A stretch of 64,000 bases of DNA from Selaginella moellendorffii (lineage: Eukaryota > Plantae > Lycopodiophyta). Both the position numbers and the translations under genes were made by a program. The DNA is taken from assembly GCF_000143415.4 (NCBI RefSeq), contig NW_003314362.1:532657-596656 (forward strand). The letters are read 5' to 3'. Below, piece after piece: positions 25,646 to 35,802 of this stretch. How positions within the stretch are numbered: position 1 is the first letter of the stretch; every line of letters starts with the position of its first letter. Below the pieces are notes generated by a model. It saw only the letters and a list, made by a program, of their open reading frames with translations, had not been told where the DNA came from and made no database searches.

Positions 25646-27554
25646 ACACGCTTGAACGTCACATCAAATCCTTTGGCAAACCAGATCTTATGATTCCTCT
25701 GACAAATTTCAAACTGAGTAGCTTCTAGACTTTGCTGTCAGAGGTTGAACTTTGTCACATCATGTCCTTGCCTCAATCCAGCTGTGCCATGTCAGTGATT
25801 CGAATTTTGCCATGCCATGTCAGCGATCCGCGCCAAGATTATTCGTCGTGTAAAGGAATAATTATGCTGTGTGTGTACGTCCATTTATGGCAATATAAGG
25901 CCACACGCCATTCAAAGAATAATGCTAGTCGAGCATTTTTTGGTGCATTTTTGGGTTCAAAATTGCATGAGCCCACACGCTATAAAGTTTACCTGTACCA
26001 AAAATAGAAACAGCTTTATTTACTTGGGAATTTAAGTGGTTGAGGCATTTTTAAACTTACAAACACATGCCCTACTTACATTCCTTTGGTTGCTTAAAAT
26101 TCAAAAATATTATAAACTTTTCTTTTTGCATTTTCAATGTTTTCAATTATGGTTTTTGATTTTCACAGGACCAGCCTAGTAATCTATTTGCATCCCGTCA
26201 TGTTTATAGCTAGCTTTCGTTTGTCCCCTTCGCTAGCCTGAGATACATCTGCTCGGCATCTGCCTCTTACAGCATTTGCCCAGAAAGGGCATCTTCACGC
26301 AGCATTTGCCACATATTTAGGGTTTAGGGTTTAGCAATTCAGTAGCTTGATAAACATGCAAATACAGAACTTGATGCAAAATCCTTTGATATGTCACAAT
26401 GCCCCTAGGACCATAAACACATTTCAATAGAGAGGGTCCTTTCATTTCATAACTCCTTACGTAGATCTTGGTGAAACCAGAGTTAGTGAAGTTAGTTTCT
26501 TGTGATCCCGCATCTGATTGTGATGTCCCTTTGCAGTGTCGATGGAAAGGTCAATGCACACCAAACTGTAAAATCTTGGAGCAAAATAACGGTCGGATCT
26601 ATGGCAAATGCCCCTGAAACATTGTAAGGCTCGTGTGGTCTCATGTGGTGTCCGATTGAGATGCTTCTTTGCAGGGTCATCAAGAAAGACATTGTATACC
26701 ATTCTGTAAAATCTAGTTGCGATCTAACGGTTGGATCTCCAGAAAACTCAAAAAAATCTCGCGCGTGTCAGAATATTCTAGGAATATACTCCTATGTGCC
26801 CCTGAAAATGGCATGCGGCCCCACGCCATTCAAAAGATAACGCCAGATGACGCCGAGCATTTTTTGGTGCATTTTTTGGGATCAAAATTGCATGAGCCCA
26901 CACGCTTGAACGTCACATCAAATCCTCTGACAAACCAGATCTTATAATTCCTCTGACAAATTTCAAACTGAGTAGCTTCTAGACTTTGATTTCGGACATT
27001 GAACTTTGTCACATCATGTCCTTGCCTCGATCCAGCTGTGCCATGTCAGTGATTCAAACTTTGTCAGCGATCCGTGCCAAGATTATTCGCCATGTAACTG
27101 CTCGGCATCTGCCTCTTACAACATTTGCCCAGAAAGGGCATCTTTCTTCACGCAGCATTTGCCACATGTTTAGGGTTTAGGGTTTAGGGTTTAGCAATTC
27201 AGTAGCTTGATAAACATGCAAATACAGAACTTGATGCAAAATCCTTTGATATGTCAGGACCATAAACACATTTCAATAGAGAGGGTCCTTTCATTTCATA
27301 ACTCCTTACGTAGATCTTGGTGAAACCAGAGTTAGTGAAGTTGGTTTCTTGTGATCCCGTATCTGATTGTGATGTCCCTTTGCAGTGTCGATGGAAAGGT
27401 CAATGCACACCAAACTGTAGAATCCTGGAGCAAAATAACGGTCGGATCTATGGCAAATGCCCCTGAAACATTGTAAGGCTCGTGTGATCTCATGTGGTGT
27501 CCGATCGAGATGCTTCTTTGCAGGGTCATCAAAAAGGACATTGTATACCATTCT
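25646..27554. repeat. Internal direct duplication with telomere-type TTTAGGG runs
   Basis: 26249-26705 matches 27098-27554; 25646-25852 matches 26899-27097; TTTAGGG x2 at ~26316 and x3 at ~27169. Confidence 0.85.
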
Positions 27555-28475
27555 TTATTTAGCTGAACATCTGGCATTTTTGGAAATACAAGATGCTTTG
27601 GAATATCCAATCATGCATGGTATAAATATAGCGAGGGTATTAAATGATATCCCAATCATGATCTTTCTTTTGGATTTCGCGTGTATGCAGTCCGAGGAAT
27701 GATGACGTTGCGGATTTCTTTTGGATTTCACGTGCATGCATGCGCACGGCGATCCAGAAATTAATGGTGGCGCCCAAGTCCGAGGAATGATGACGTGGCG
27801 GGATTACCAACCGTTGTGACATTTCGCGCATGTGAGGTTAGGTTTTGCATCGTACTCGCGCTCGCACACTCGCGCTCGCATCGCGCTCTCACTCGCGATC
27901 ACGCTCACATTCGCGCTTATCTACCTTCTCTACAGGTTTCTCGTGTGCATCGGCGTCCACTCGCGCTTGCATCACACTCGCGCTCGTATCGCGCTCGCAT
28001 CGCACTCGTGTGCATTGGCATCCACTTCAAGACACACCTAGTTTGTAACTTCGCCGCCAACTCCGCCGCCCACTCCGCCACCCACACGCAGCCCACTTGG
28101 CGTCCCGGGAGATTTCAGCGCCACTCTCCAACTGTAAGTGGCAGAGTAGCCTTGCTGCTATGATCCGCTGCACACACAGTGCACATTCGCCAGCGAGTCC
28201 GGCCTCGATTGTCATGCCTTCATTCGGCTTCAAATAGTAAGTTTTTTAGGCCAAGTAGAAAATGGCATGAGGCCACATGCCATTCAGTAGCAACATTGGC
28301 ATGCACCGATTGGGCTCTCGAGTGCAGTCCGGTTATAGATGGCATGTAGCCTCACGCCATTTTAGGATGCAGCCTCAAGACATCTGATATAGTGGTGAAT
28401 GGCGTGTGGCCTCACATTATTTCCAGCTGCTAGTTTTTCATCTGTCAACTCTAATTGTTGTGCATTTCTGAACAG

Positions 28476-29654
28476 GCAAGGAATTGCGTTCTTCTTCCAG
28501 CCACTGTCAATGTGGATGCAAAGAAGGGGGAGGAGCTCACCAGTTGGACTTTCGGGATGGAAGGCGAGGATCTAAGGCTGTACAACACAGATGGTGGGAG
28601 AAAAGAATGCATGGGGATCCTCATCCAAGTGACAGACACTCCATGCAGTTCCATGCAAGAATATGGACTGGCACTTGTGGTAGAGACAGCGTCCGCCTTC
28701 AAGATCCACCTTGCACATCCTAGCGGCTTCCCGGAGGGGGGCAGCGGCTATGAGGAATTCCTAGAGGGAGCTAGGGAGAGGTTGTCCAGGAGGCCCACAA
28801 TTTCAAAGACGCTGCGGGTCTATGAAGATCACATGGAATCCACGGACCTCACCTACGGCGATGTTCAAAAACTATATTCCAACATTGAGCCGTTGAGAGT
28901 GCCTCCAGTTCGCGAAGCGAAGGGGAAGGGGGTCGATCTGGAAACTACCCCGAAGCAGAAAAGGGTGGTCAAGCTCAAGCCGACATCCGACTCTCCTGCT
29001 CCAAAAAAGAAGCTACTCGGTGATGCCATTGCCTCGGGTTCGAACACTATACCCACCAAAAAGAAGAGCCGCAAAGAGCAGAAAGAGCAAGAAGAGGCAG
29101 CAAAAATTGTCGCAGATAATAGTACTTGTTACTATTCCAACAAAGTATATACAATCGACGTGAGCCGTATCGACATCCAAAGCAAATACAACCACAGGCT
29201 AGTATCTGATGAGTGGGTGGAGAAACTGAAGCAGAAGATGCTGGCAAGTCCAGTAACACTCGACATCGCAGACGTGATCCCCTACTACCGAACAATGAAG
29301 GGCGAGACGAGGTTTCCAGACTTGATCAATAGGAAGGTGTTGGACGATCAGAACATCCGGTTCTATGCCGTCTCCGGGCAGCATTTTAGCTTGGCAATGC
29401 AAAAGATAGTTGTGGATATTATGGTGGGCGAGGAGGTGAAGAAAGTCTTCAAGACAAGAGTTGTCCGCCTGATAAAAGGCAACTCGCCCCTCCGATCTAT
29501 CATATACATCTCCCACGCGCAGAATGTCAAGCAAGAAATGTGCTACAAATCGGGTCTACACGAGACATTGGCACGAACACGGAAGCTCTGGGTTCAACTG
29601 AAGAAGCCACAAAAACCAGGACAAGGACGTGCACTAGCAACTAGCGTCTGGCAG
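28476..29654 (+). CDS. Large exon of transposon cargo gene with a ParB/sulfiredoxin-like N-domain signature
   Basis: Acceptor aacag before 28476 and donor CAG|gtaagc after 29654. YTIDVSRIDIQSKYNHRLVSDEWVEKLKQKML...FYAVSGQHFSLAMQKI resembles the ParB_N pattern (R..V..L, GxH box). Confidence 0.6.
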
Positions 29655-29689
29655 GTAAGCCTCGTTGCATGTGGCATAGCATGTGGCCT

Positions 29690-30285
29690 TGAGACGTCAA
29701 AACATGAAATACCTCAGCCATAAATGCAGGACCATTATCCGAAAGAATCCGCTCTGGACAAGAATGTTGGAACACCACTCGATTGAGGAGAAAGTATCCA
29801 ACAGCAGTTGCAGAGGCGCTAGCAAAAGCACCAACTTCCACCCAACGAGTCAAGTAGTCAAAAGCAATAATAACATACTCATTGCCAGCAGTCGACCGTG
29901 GAAAAGGTCCCATAAGATCAAACGCCACCAACTCAAACGGACAGAAAACTGCAATTGACTCCAACCGTCCTTCCGCAGCACAAGGGGGAGTATTACGAGT
30001 TTGGCACCAAACGCAGCTACGCACATACCGGATAACATCACGTCGCATCTCTGGCCAATAGAAAGACCTGCGCAGCTTCTTGGTCACACGACGATGTCCC
30101 ATATGCCCACCTAGAACAGGAGAATCATGATAGGCATGGAGAAACCGTGGAATAAAGATAGAAGGCACCACCAGTCATAAATGATCATCAGGATCCGTCC
30201 CCACAAAATAAAGAAGGCCATCTTCAAGGCGATATTGAGAATGTAAATGCCGGAAAGGCAAGTCATCCGCAAGTGATGCAGGATC
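29690..30285 (-). pseudogene. Captured gypsy-type integrase fragment (family D)
   Basis: AYHDSPVLGGHMG..FYWPEM..CVWCQ..FDLMGPFP..SDNGPAF; homologous to 55230-55535 and 54380-54545. Confidence 0.85.
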
Positions 30286-30633
30286 CTTGTAGCGCACGTG
30301 GTTTTGACCCTTTATCCTATGGTGATTTACCATAGGATAACACCACGATAAACCCTCTTTGTGCCACGTGATAGATGCCACATGTCACATGCCACGTGTC
30401 CATGCCACGTGTCCACAGGAACCCGAGGTTCAGGGCCTTGGGCCACTGAATGAAGGAACAGTGCCAAACTCCCAAATATGGAGCCGAGGAGTGACAGAAC
30501 TGAACCACGAAGCAACTCCCGAGCATGAAGCCCAAGGAGCGAAGGGGCAGGAGCCCGAAGCGACTTGGAATAGTCCTGGAGCAACCAGCATCCCAATGCC
30601 AGAACCAGCATGCAAAACGGAGCCAAACAAAGT

Positions 30634-31625
30634 CCTGCGAAATGCGGGGTACCTCCCCAACTTTTCGTGAAAATCGCGCGTTTTGGGCCCCAAAAAAAGC
30701 CCGCGGAACACGTGGTACCTTCCCAACTTTTCGCGAAAAATCGCGCGTTTTGAGCCCCAAAACGCGCCCCGCGAAATGCGGGGTACCTCCCCAACTTTTC
30801 GTGAAAATCGCGCGTTTTGGGCCCCAAAAAAAGCCCGCGGAACACGTGGTACCTTCCCAACTTTTCGCGAAAAATCGCGCGTGATTTTCACGAAAAGTTG
30901 GGGAGGTACCCCGCATTTCGCAGCGTGCATTTTGGGGCCCAAAACACGGTCTTCGTGAATTGTTGGGGAGGTACCACACGTCCCGCAGGTTTTTTGGCAC
31001 CCAAAAAGAACACGGGATTGTGGAGGTACACTGCAGCTTTGGATCAGCTGCCCCACACTATAAGAGTAGGGGGAGTGTGAAATATTTCAGAGTGGGTTCA
31101 AACCGTGACTATGGCACTGGATCCCATCAAACCTCCAAAGTTAAGCGTCCCTGGGCTTGAATAGTACTGGGCTGGGTGACCATCCGGGAAGTCCAAGTGA
31201 CCCCATCTTTTTTTTTTCCTTACAAGTCATTTATTTTTGTAAGATCATTGTTTTAATATATAAACTTTGAGTATTTTTCCATAGCATATAAGTGTATGGT
31301 CTTTAAATACTACTTACAATTGTGAATGTAAGGTGTATTTGCCAAATTGTGTCGTTAGCTAGTTATTAACTAGGATATAAGTTAGAAATAATGTGTTGGT
31401 GATTGTCACCACGTGGCATGGCAAGCAAGTCCAAACATATGTGTGTCACGTGGCATACAAGGTCAAGGACACTAAACTCTAACTATGAGAACAAGCCAAA
31501 GGGCATGCCACGTGTCAATGTGACACATTGACAACCATAAAACTCGTTTTGGGGCCCAAAACGCGCGATTTTTCGCGAAAAGTTGGGAAGGTACCATGTG
31601 TTCCGCGGGCTTTTTTGGGCCCAAA
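30634..31625. repeat. 134-bp tandem unit with inverted copies bracketing the 5S gene
   Basis: 30637-30770 and 30771-30882 are direct; 30883-30923 and 31545-31625 are inverted copies. Confidence 0.85.
31090..31207 (+). rRNA. 5S rRNA gene or 5S-derived copy
   Basis: Co-linear with plant 5S: GGATCCCATC, GTTAAGCG, ATAGTACTGGGCTGGGTGACC, GGGAAGTCC. TATAA at 31059-31063 and a poly-T terminator at 31208-31217. Confidence 0.85.
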
Positions 31626-31828
31626 AGCTTTCTCTGGATTCGAAAGCTCCATAGCTGTCTTCAGTTCCTCAGGCACAGGTAAATTGACCTCCCTCAGATC
31701 AATTCGATCGGCCTTGTCGAACGAAGCTGGGAAGTCACTCCAGTCCCACTCTGCTGCAGGACCAATAACAAGGGCGAGTGTGAAGATGCGGACATTCGTC
31801 GGTATCTTCTTCTTAGCCATTATCCCAT

Positions 31829-34450
31829 GCTATGGAGCTTTCAAATCCAGAGAAAGCTAAAGGTGCAGCATGGGAAATGCTCAGCTGGGTCTTCAATGCA
31901 ATAGCGGGTGGGTCACCTGCTTCCGACTCCAAGGGCAAATGCGTTGTTGAGTACAACTGCTGCGGACTATTCTTTCGAGCCGCACTACTCAAGGGTGTCC
32001 CGTGTGTTGCGGTGACAAACTCCATTGAAGAGGTGACTTCAATGGAGCATATAATTACAGTTGCCAAAGAAAATCAGTATCTTCTCTGCGAACCTGGTGA
32101 GTACGCACTTTAAGTTTAAATGTTATCTCACAAGCTCTGTATGCAGGAGCGTGGCCACCCCCAGATGCTGAAACGGCGTTAACAGCTACTGTTGAAGATA
32201 CCCATGTTGGGCCGAGCTCACAACCTGCACAAGGTAAGGTCACGTGAGGCCTCACGCCATTTTGATTATAGATCGTTGTGAATATTCAGACACGAGGATT
32301 GAAAAGGGCACTGGTGGCGCATCGAAGAAGGACAAACAGACAAGCAATAGGAAAAAAGGAGGTACAAATTATATTTGTGTAAGCTCCTGAATTTGGACTT
32401 CCCGGGAGGTCACCCAGCCCAGTACTATTCAAACCCAAGGACGCTTAACCCCAAGTATCCCAAGACCCTTAACCGATTGGAAAAGGGGGTGCACTCTTGT
32501 TCATGGGCCCTTTCCCTCTATATTTGAACCCCATGGATCGTCTCTCAAGTCGTTCCCTTTGGTTGCTTACAATCCACCACGCTTCCCTGCAAGTTCACGC
32601 CCTCGTGAACGGAAGCTGAGAGCCGCAACTCTCTCGAGAGCCCCGCTCTCTTGACACCCTACCCCTCGGGTCGAGCCCAGCGGGAGCAAACTGGACCAGC
32701 CAGATGTCAATCAACATGTGGTGCGATTCCCTTAGCCAACCAACATGTGGTGCGATTCCCTTAGCCAACCAACAGAGTCGGACCCGAGACCCCTCTGATA
32801 CCAAATGTAAGCTCCTGAATTTGGACTTCCCGGGAGGTCACCCAGCCCAGTACTATTCAAACCCAAGGACGCTTAACCCCAAGTATCCCAAGACCCTTAA
32901 CCGATTGGAAAAGGGGGTGCACTCTTGTTCATGGGCCCTTTCCCTCTATATTTGAACCCCATGGATCGTCTCTCAAGTCGTTCCCTTTGGTTGCTTACAA
33001 TTTGCAATGGCGTGTGGTCTCATGCCATTCCTTGCAGGAGACACTTCTTCAAAGGCAAAACAGGCAAGCACTAGCCAAGCTCAAACTGACAGTGGTCATA
33101 AAAAGCGAAAGCACGTTGGACAGTCGTTGGGATCAGAGGCGTTTGATTCAAAAAGGAAGAAGGGCAACGAAAAGATGATAGGTAATGCCTCGCGGTTATG
33201 GCGTGTGTGCTCATGCCATTCATTGCAGATCAAGGCTGAGTGAAAGCAGCCAATCACCACCTCCTGACTCAGATTCCTATGGCAGACTCCCCTTCCCCAA
33301 TCTCAATGGAGAGGTACAATGGATGAGGGATGCTTTTCAAGTCAGGGCCACGTTTTTCTCATCTCGTCGTTTTCGAAGGGTGCAAGAACGTGCAGAAACC
33401 ATGTTAAGACAGTCAGGTGAGGATACGGTCCTAGGTCACGCACTAAAACAGGCTATGGATGTCTTGTATTTTGAGATGGAGACTCGGCCAGATGATTTTC
33501 CCAAGATGGTCCTGGAAGAACAAGCCATCCAGCCTGAGCAGCCTATGGAAGAAATGCAGGAGGGGGATGAGGAGCCAGAGAAAGATAATGAGCAGGAAGA
33601 GCAGAAGGACGAAGAGGAGGACAAAGAAGAGGAGGACGAAGAAGAGGAGGACGAAGAGGACTTGGATGGTCCTCACAATGGTGACGATCATAACGACAAC
33701 GACGATGATGACGACGATGGCCAGCCTGAGGTGGCCAAAGAGTAGCGGAGGAAGGTCATACAAGACAAACCATCAGGTAAATAATAGTACATCCATTCCT
33801 AACCTTTTACCATTTCTAACATTGTCCATATAGGTCGCAGAGCAAATGGTAAGTAGAGATTATTCAGTTGAATTAAGATACAAACTCTAGCCTTTAGTGT
33901 CGAGGAAGGATAGTGCCAAGCAAGGGTCGAAACGTATGTCCAATCCTTCAGAATCAGCAGTGCGCCCAAGTGATATCGGTCCTAGTTCCTCAATAGCAGT
34001 TGATGGTAAATACAGTATAGTCGATTCAATGTGCTAATGAGTTTGTTTTTAGTAGCCAGTAAGGAGGATACCATCTCAATCGAAGGGAGATATTTGGACA
34101 TGCATATGGATCCGCCAGTGGACTCTACTTGCCTGCAAGAGTCATCAGAGCTGGTGGAGGCTACTATCCATAGCCTGGAACACCGCCCCTGCTGCCTGTT
34201 CGGTCATGTCCACTTTGCCAACGGAGGCACCAGCTGAAATGGCGTGTGATCACACGCCATCGGAACCACCCCATGCCACTGTTGAGCCAGTTGTACCAGA
34301 GTCTACAGCTGAAATGGCATGTGCCCACACGCCATCGGATGCGATTGACCCCACATTGCAAAGGAGAGTATTTCCGCCCTTCACGTTTCCTCGACCAAAA
34401 CCCTCTCAACGACCATCGGGAGCACCATTCGCTAATATTGTAGATGGTAA
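31829..34450 (+). pseudogene. Further exons of the cargo gene (acidic and low-complexity regions)
   Basis: Open segments bounded by GT-AG sites, e.g. ~31829-32096, 32148-32233, 33038-33181 and 33229-33776 (E/D-rich). The exact gene model is uncertain. Confidence 0.5.
32378..32999 (-). mobile_element. Cassandra-type TRIM with 5S-derived LTRs (622 bp)
   Basis: 194-bp LTRs at 32378-32571 and 32806-32999, identical by eye; TSD ATTTG; PBS TGGTATCAGAG at 32793-32803. LTRs contain the 5S A/C-box region gttaagcg..tagtactgggctgggtgacctcccgggaagtcc on the minus strand. Confidence 0.95.
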
Positions 34451-34493
34451 AATTGACTTGTACCATTTTTTATGCTGACGCATTTCATTTCAG

Positions 34494-35119
34494 AGTCACG
34501 GCGAAGGTACTGTATCGTTTTTGATCTGAACGGTGTCCTTTTCTCCCATGAGCGTGGCTCGTCCTCGAATGTCACTGCACCCTCCAAAGCCTGTGGTCGC
34601 AAGTTGGTCAAAAGAGACAGATTCACATTAATCACACGGGAGAAACTGCGGGATCTAATAATGACCATGCGACACTTAAAACAGAGGGCCGGGTTCAATT
34701 TGCAATTGGGAGTTTGGACATCCATGATGCGCCACAATGCATTAACGTTACTACAGATGATGCACGATCAGACGCGAGTAATATTACCATTTGACTTTCT
34801 CCTAACGCAGGAGGATTGCTTGACTATGGTCCATGTGAGGGGTAACAAGCCCATCTTCGTCAAGCCAGAGGCTGTAGTGATGAACCGGACTGCTAGGTCA
34901 AGTGAAATCCTCATCATCGATGACTCGCCGATTAAAACTGCAGCAAACACGCACACATATGCAGTGCACCCCATCTCTTGCAGTATGGAAACTAGGGAGA
35001 AGAAACCGTATGTTCTGGGGAACCTTGCAAAACGGCTTGGAGCAATGGTGATAGAGAACCGGCCAGTCCAGAAGGTGGCTGCAGAAATCAACCAAATGGC
35101 AGATGGAACGGTATATTAG
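34494..35119 (+). CDS. HAD-superfamily FCP1/NIF-like phosphatase domain (terminal cargo exon)
   Basis: IVFDLNGVL (motif I variant), LGVWTSM (motif II), ILIIDDSPIK (motif IV). Confidence 0.75.
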
Positions 35120-35802
35120 AAGTCATTTGATCGGACAGACACCAGTCATCATTTATGGCATGTATATTGTCTAGCCAAGCACTATCCGCATCTCCATAAT
35201 CTGCTCAACCGGATGGGTTCTTCGACTACTGAACATGAGCGTGGACGTATTAGAGAAGAGATGGCATTACTATTGGGTTTAAATCCTGATAGTGTGGAGA
35301 GTGATGAAATTCCAAGATTATTGTATAGGTGTTGGAGGCAAAAAATAACAGTTTGAGATGGTATGTATTTATTTAAAAATGTAACTTATTATGGCATGGG
35401 GTTCCATGCCATTGTATTAATATTAAAAGACAATTCTTTGAGAGGATTTGCATTATACTAGAAATGTTACAGCATGTTATTGGAAGTCTACGAAGTTATT
35501 TTATTAATAAGGGGAAAGTAAAGATTGAATGGGGACTTGGGCTCCACCTAGACTCGCAGCAACTGAGCCAATATTAAAAGGATGGAAAGAAATTGGATGA
35601 CGATGACAAGGAGAAGAGAGAGGTGAAGCAGTGGCAGGGGGAGGAGAAGTGATTGAGTAGACATTTCCTTGTTTAAAATAAAATGGCATGTGCCTCAATG
35701 CAGTTGAATTTTGTTATATTTATATACTATATAAAGGTTTGGAAACCTTATTTTACAAGTGGGATAATGACAATTCCCACTTTAACAAAATAGAGCTTAT
35801 AG

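Larger units (their letters stand above)
20798..35704. repeat. Dispersed 22-bp palindrome family ATGGCRTGWGGCCWCAYGCCAT (over 20 copies)
   Basis: Copies start at 20798, 21114, 21203, 21799, 21959, 22105, 23447, 23504, 25107, 25177, 25275, 26808, 28262, 28339, 28399, 29676 (truncated), 32239, 33007, 33198, 34239, 34314, 35391 and 35683. Confidence 0.9.
20572..35798. mobile_element. 15.2-kb TIR DNA transposon (DDE; Sola-like assignment tentative)
   Basis: TIRs ATGCTCTATTTCGTTAAAGTGGGA and (reverse complement) AAGCTCTATTTTGTTAAAGTGGGA. 4-bp TSD ATAG at 20568-20571 and 35799-35802. Removal rejoins X pol in frame (EEKTG-Y-AERNGLIYY). Confidence 0.92.

Noticed and set aside
26316-27195. Interstitial telomere or chromosome fusion scar
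   Set aside because: Only 2-3 units inside a duplicated promoter block, better read as telo-boxes.
29641-30171. Ginger-type DNA transposase
   Set aside because: It is a truncated fragment with no TIRs, homologous to the RT/RNase H-bearing retroelement at 53.7-64 kb.
30317-31080. ORFs of 177-227 aa
   Set aside because: They derive from the GC-rich 134-bp repeats and show no protein motifs.
20798-35704. CRISPR-like reading of the palindromes
   Set aside because: Spacing is irregular (tens of bp to kb), copies are degenerate, there are no cas genes, and the context is eukaryotic.
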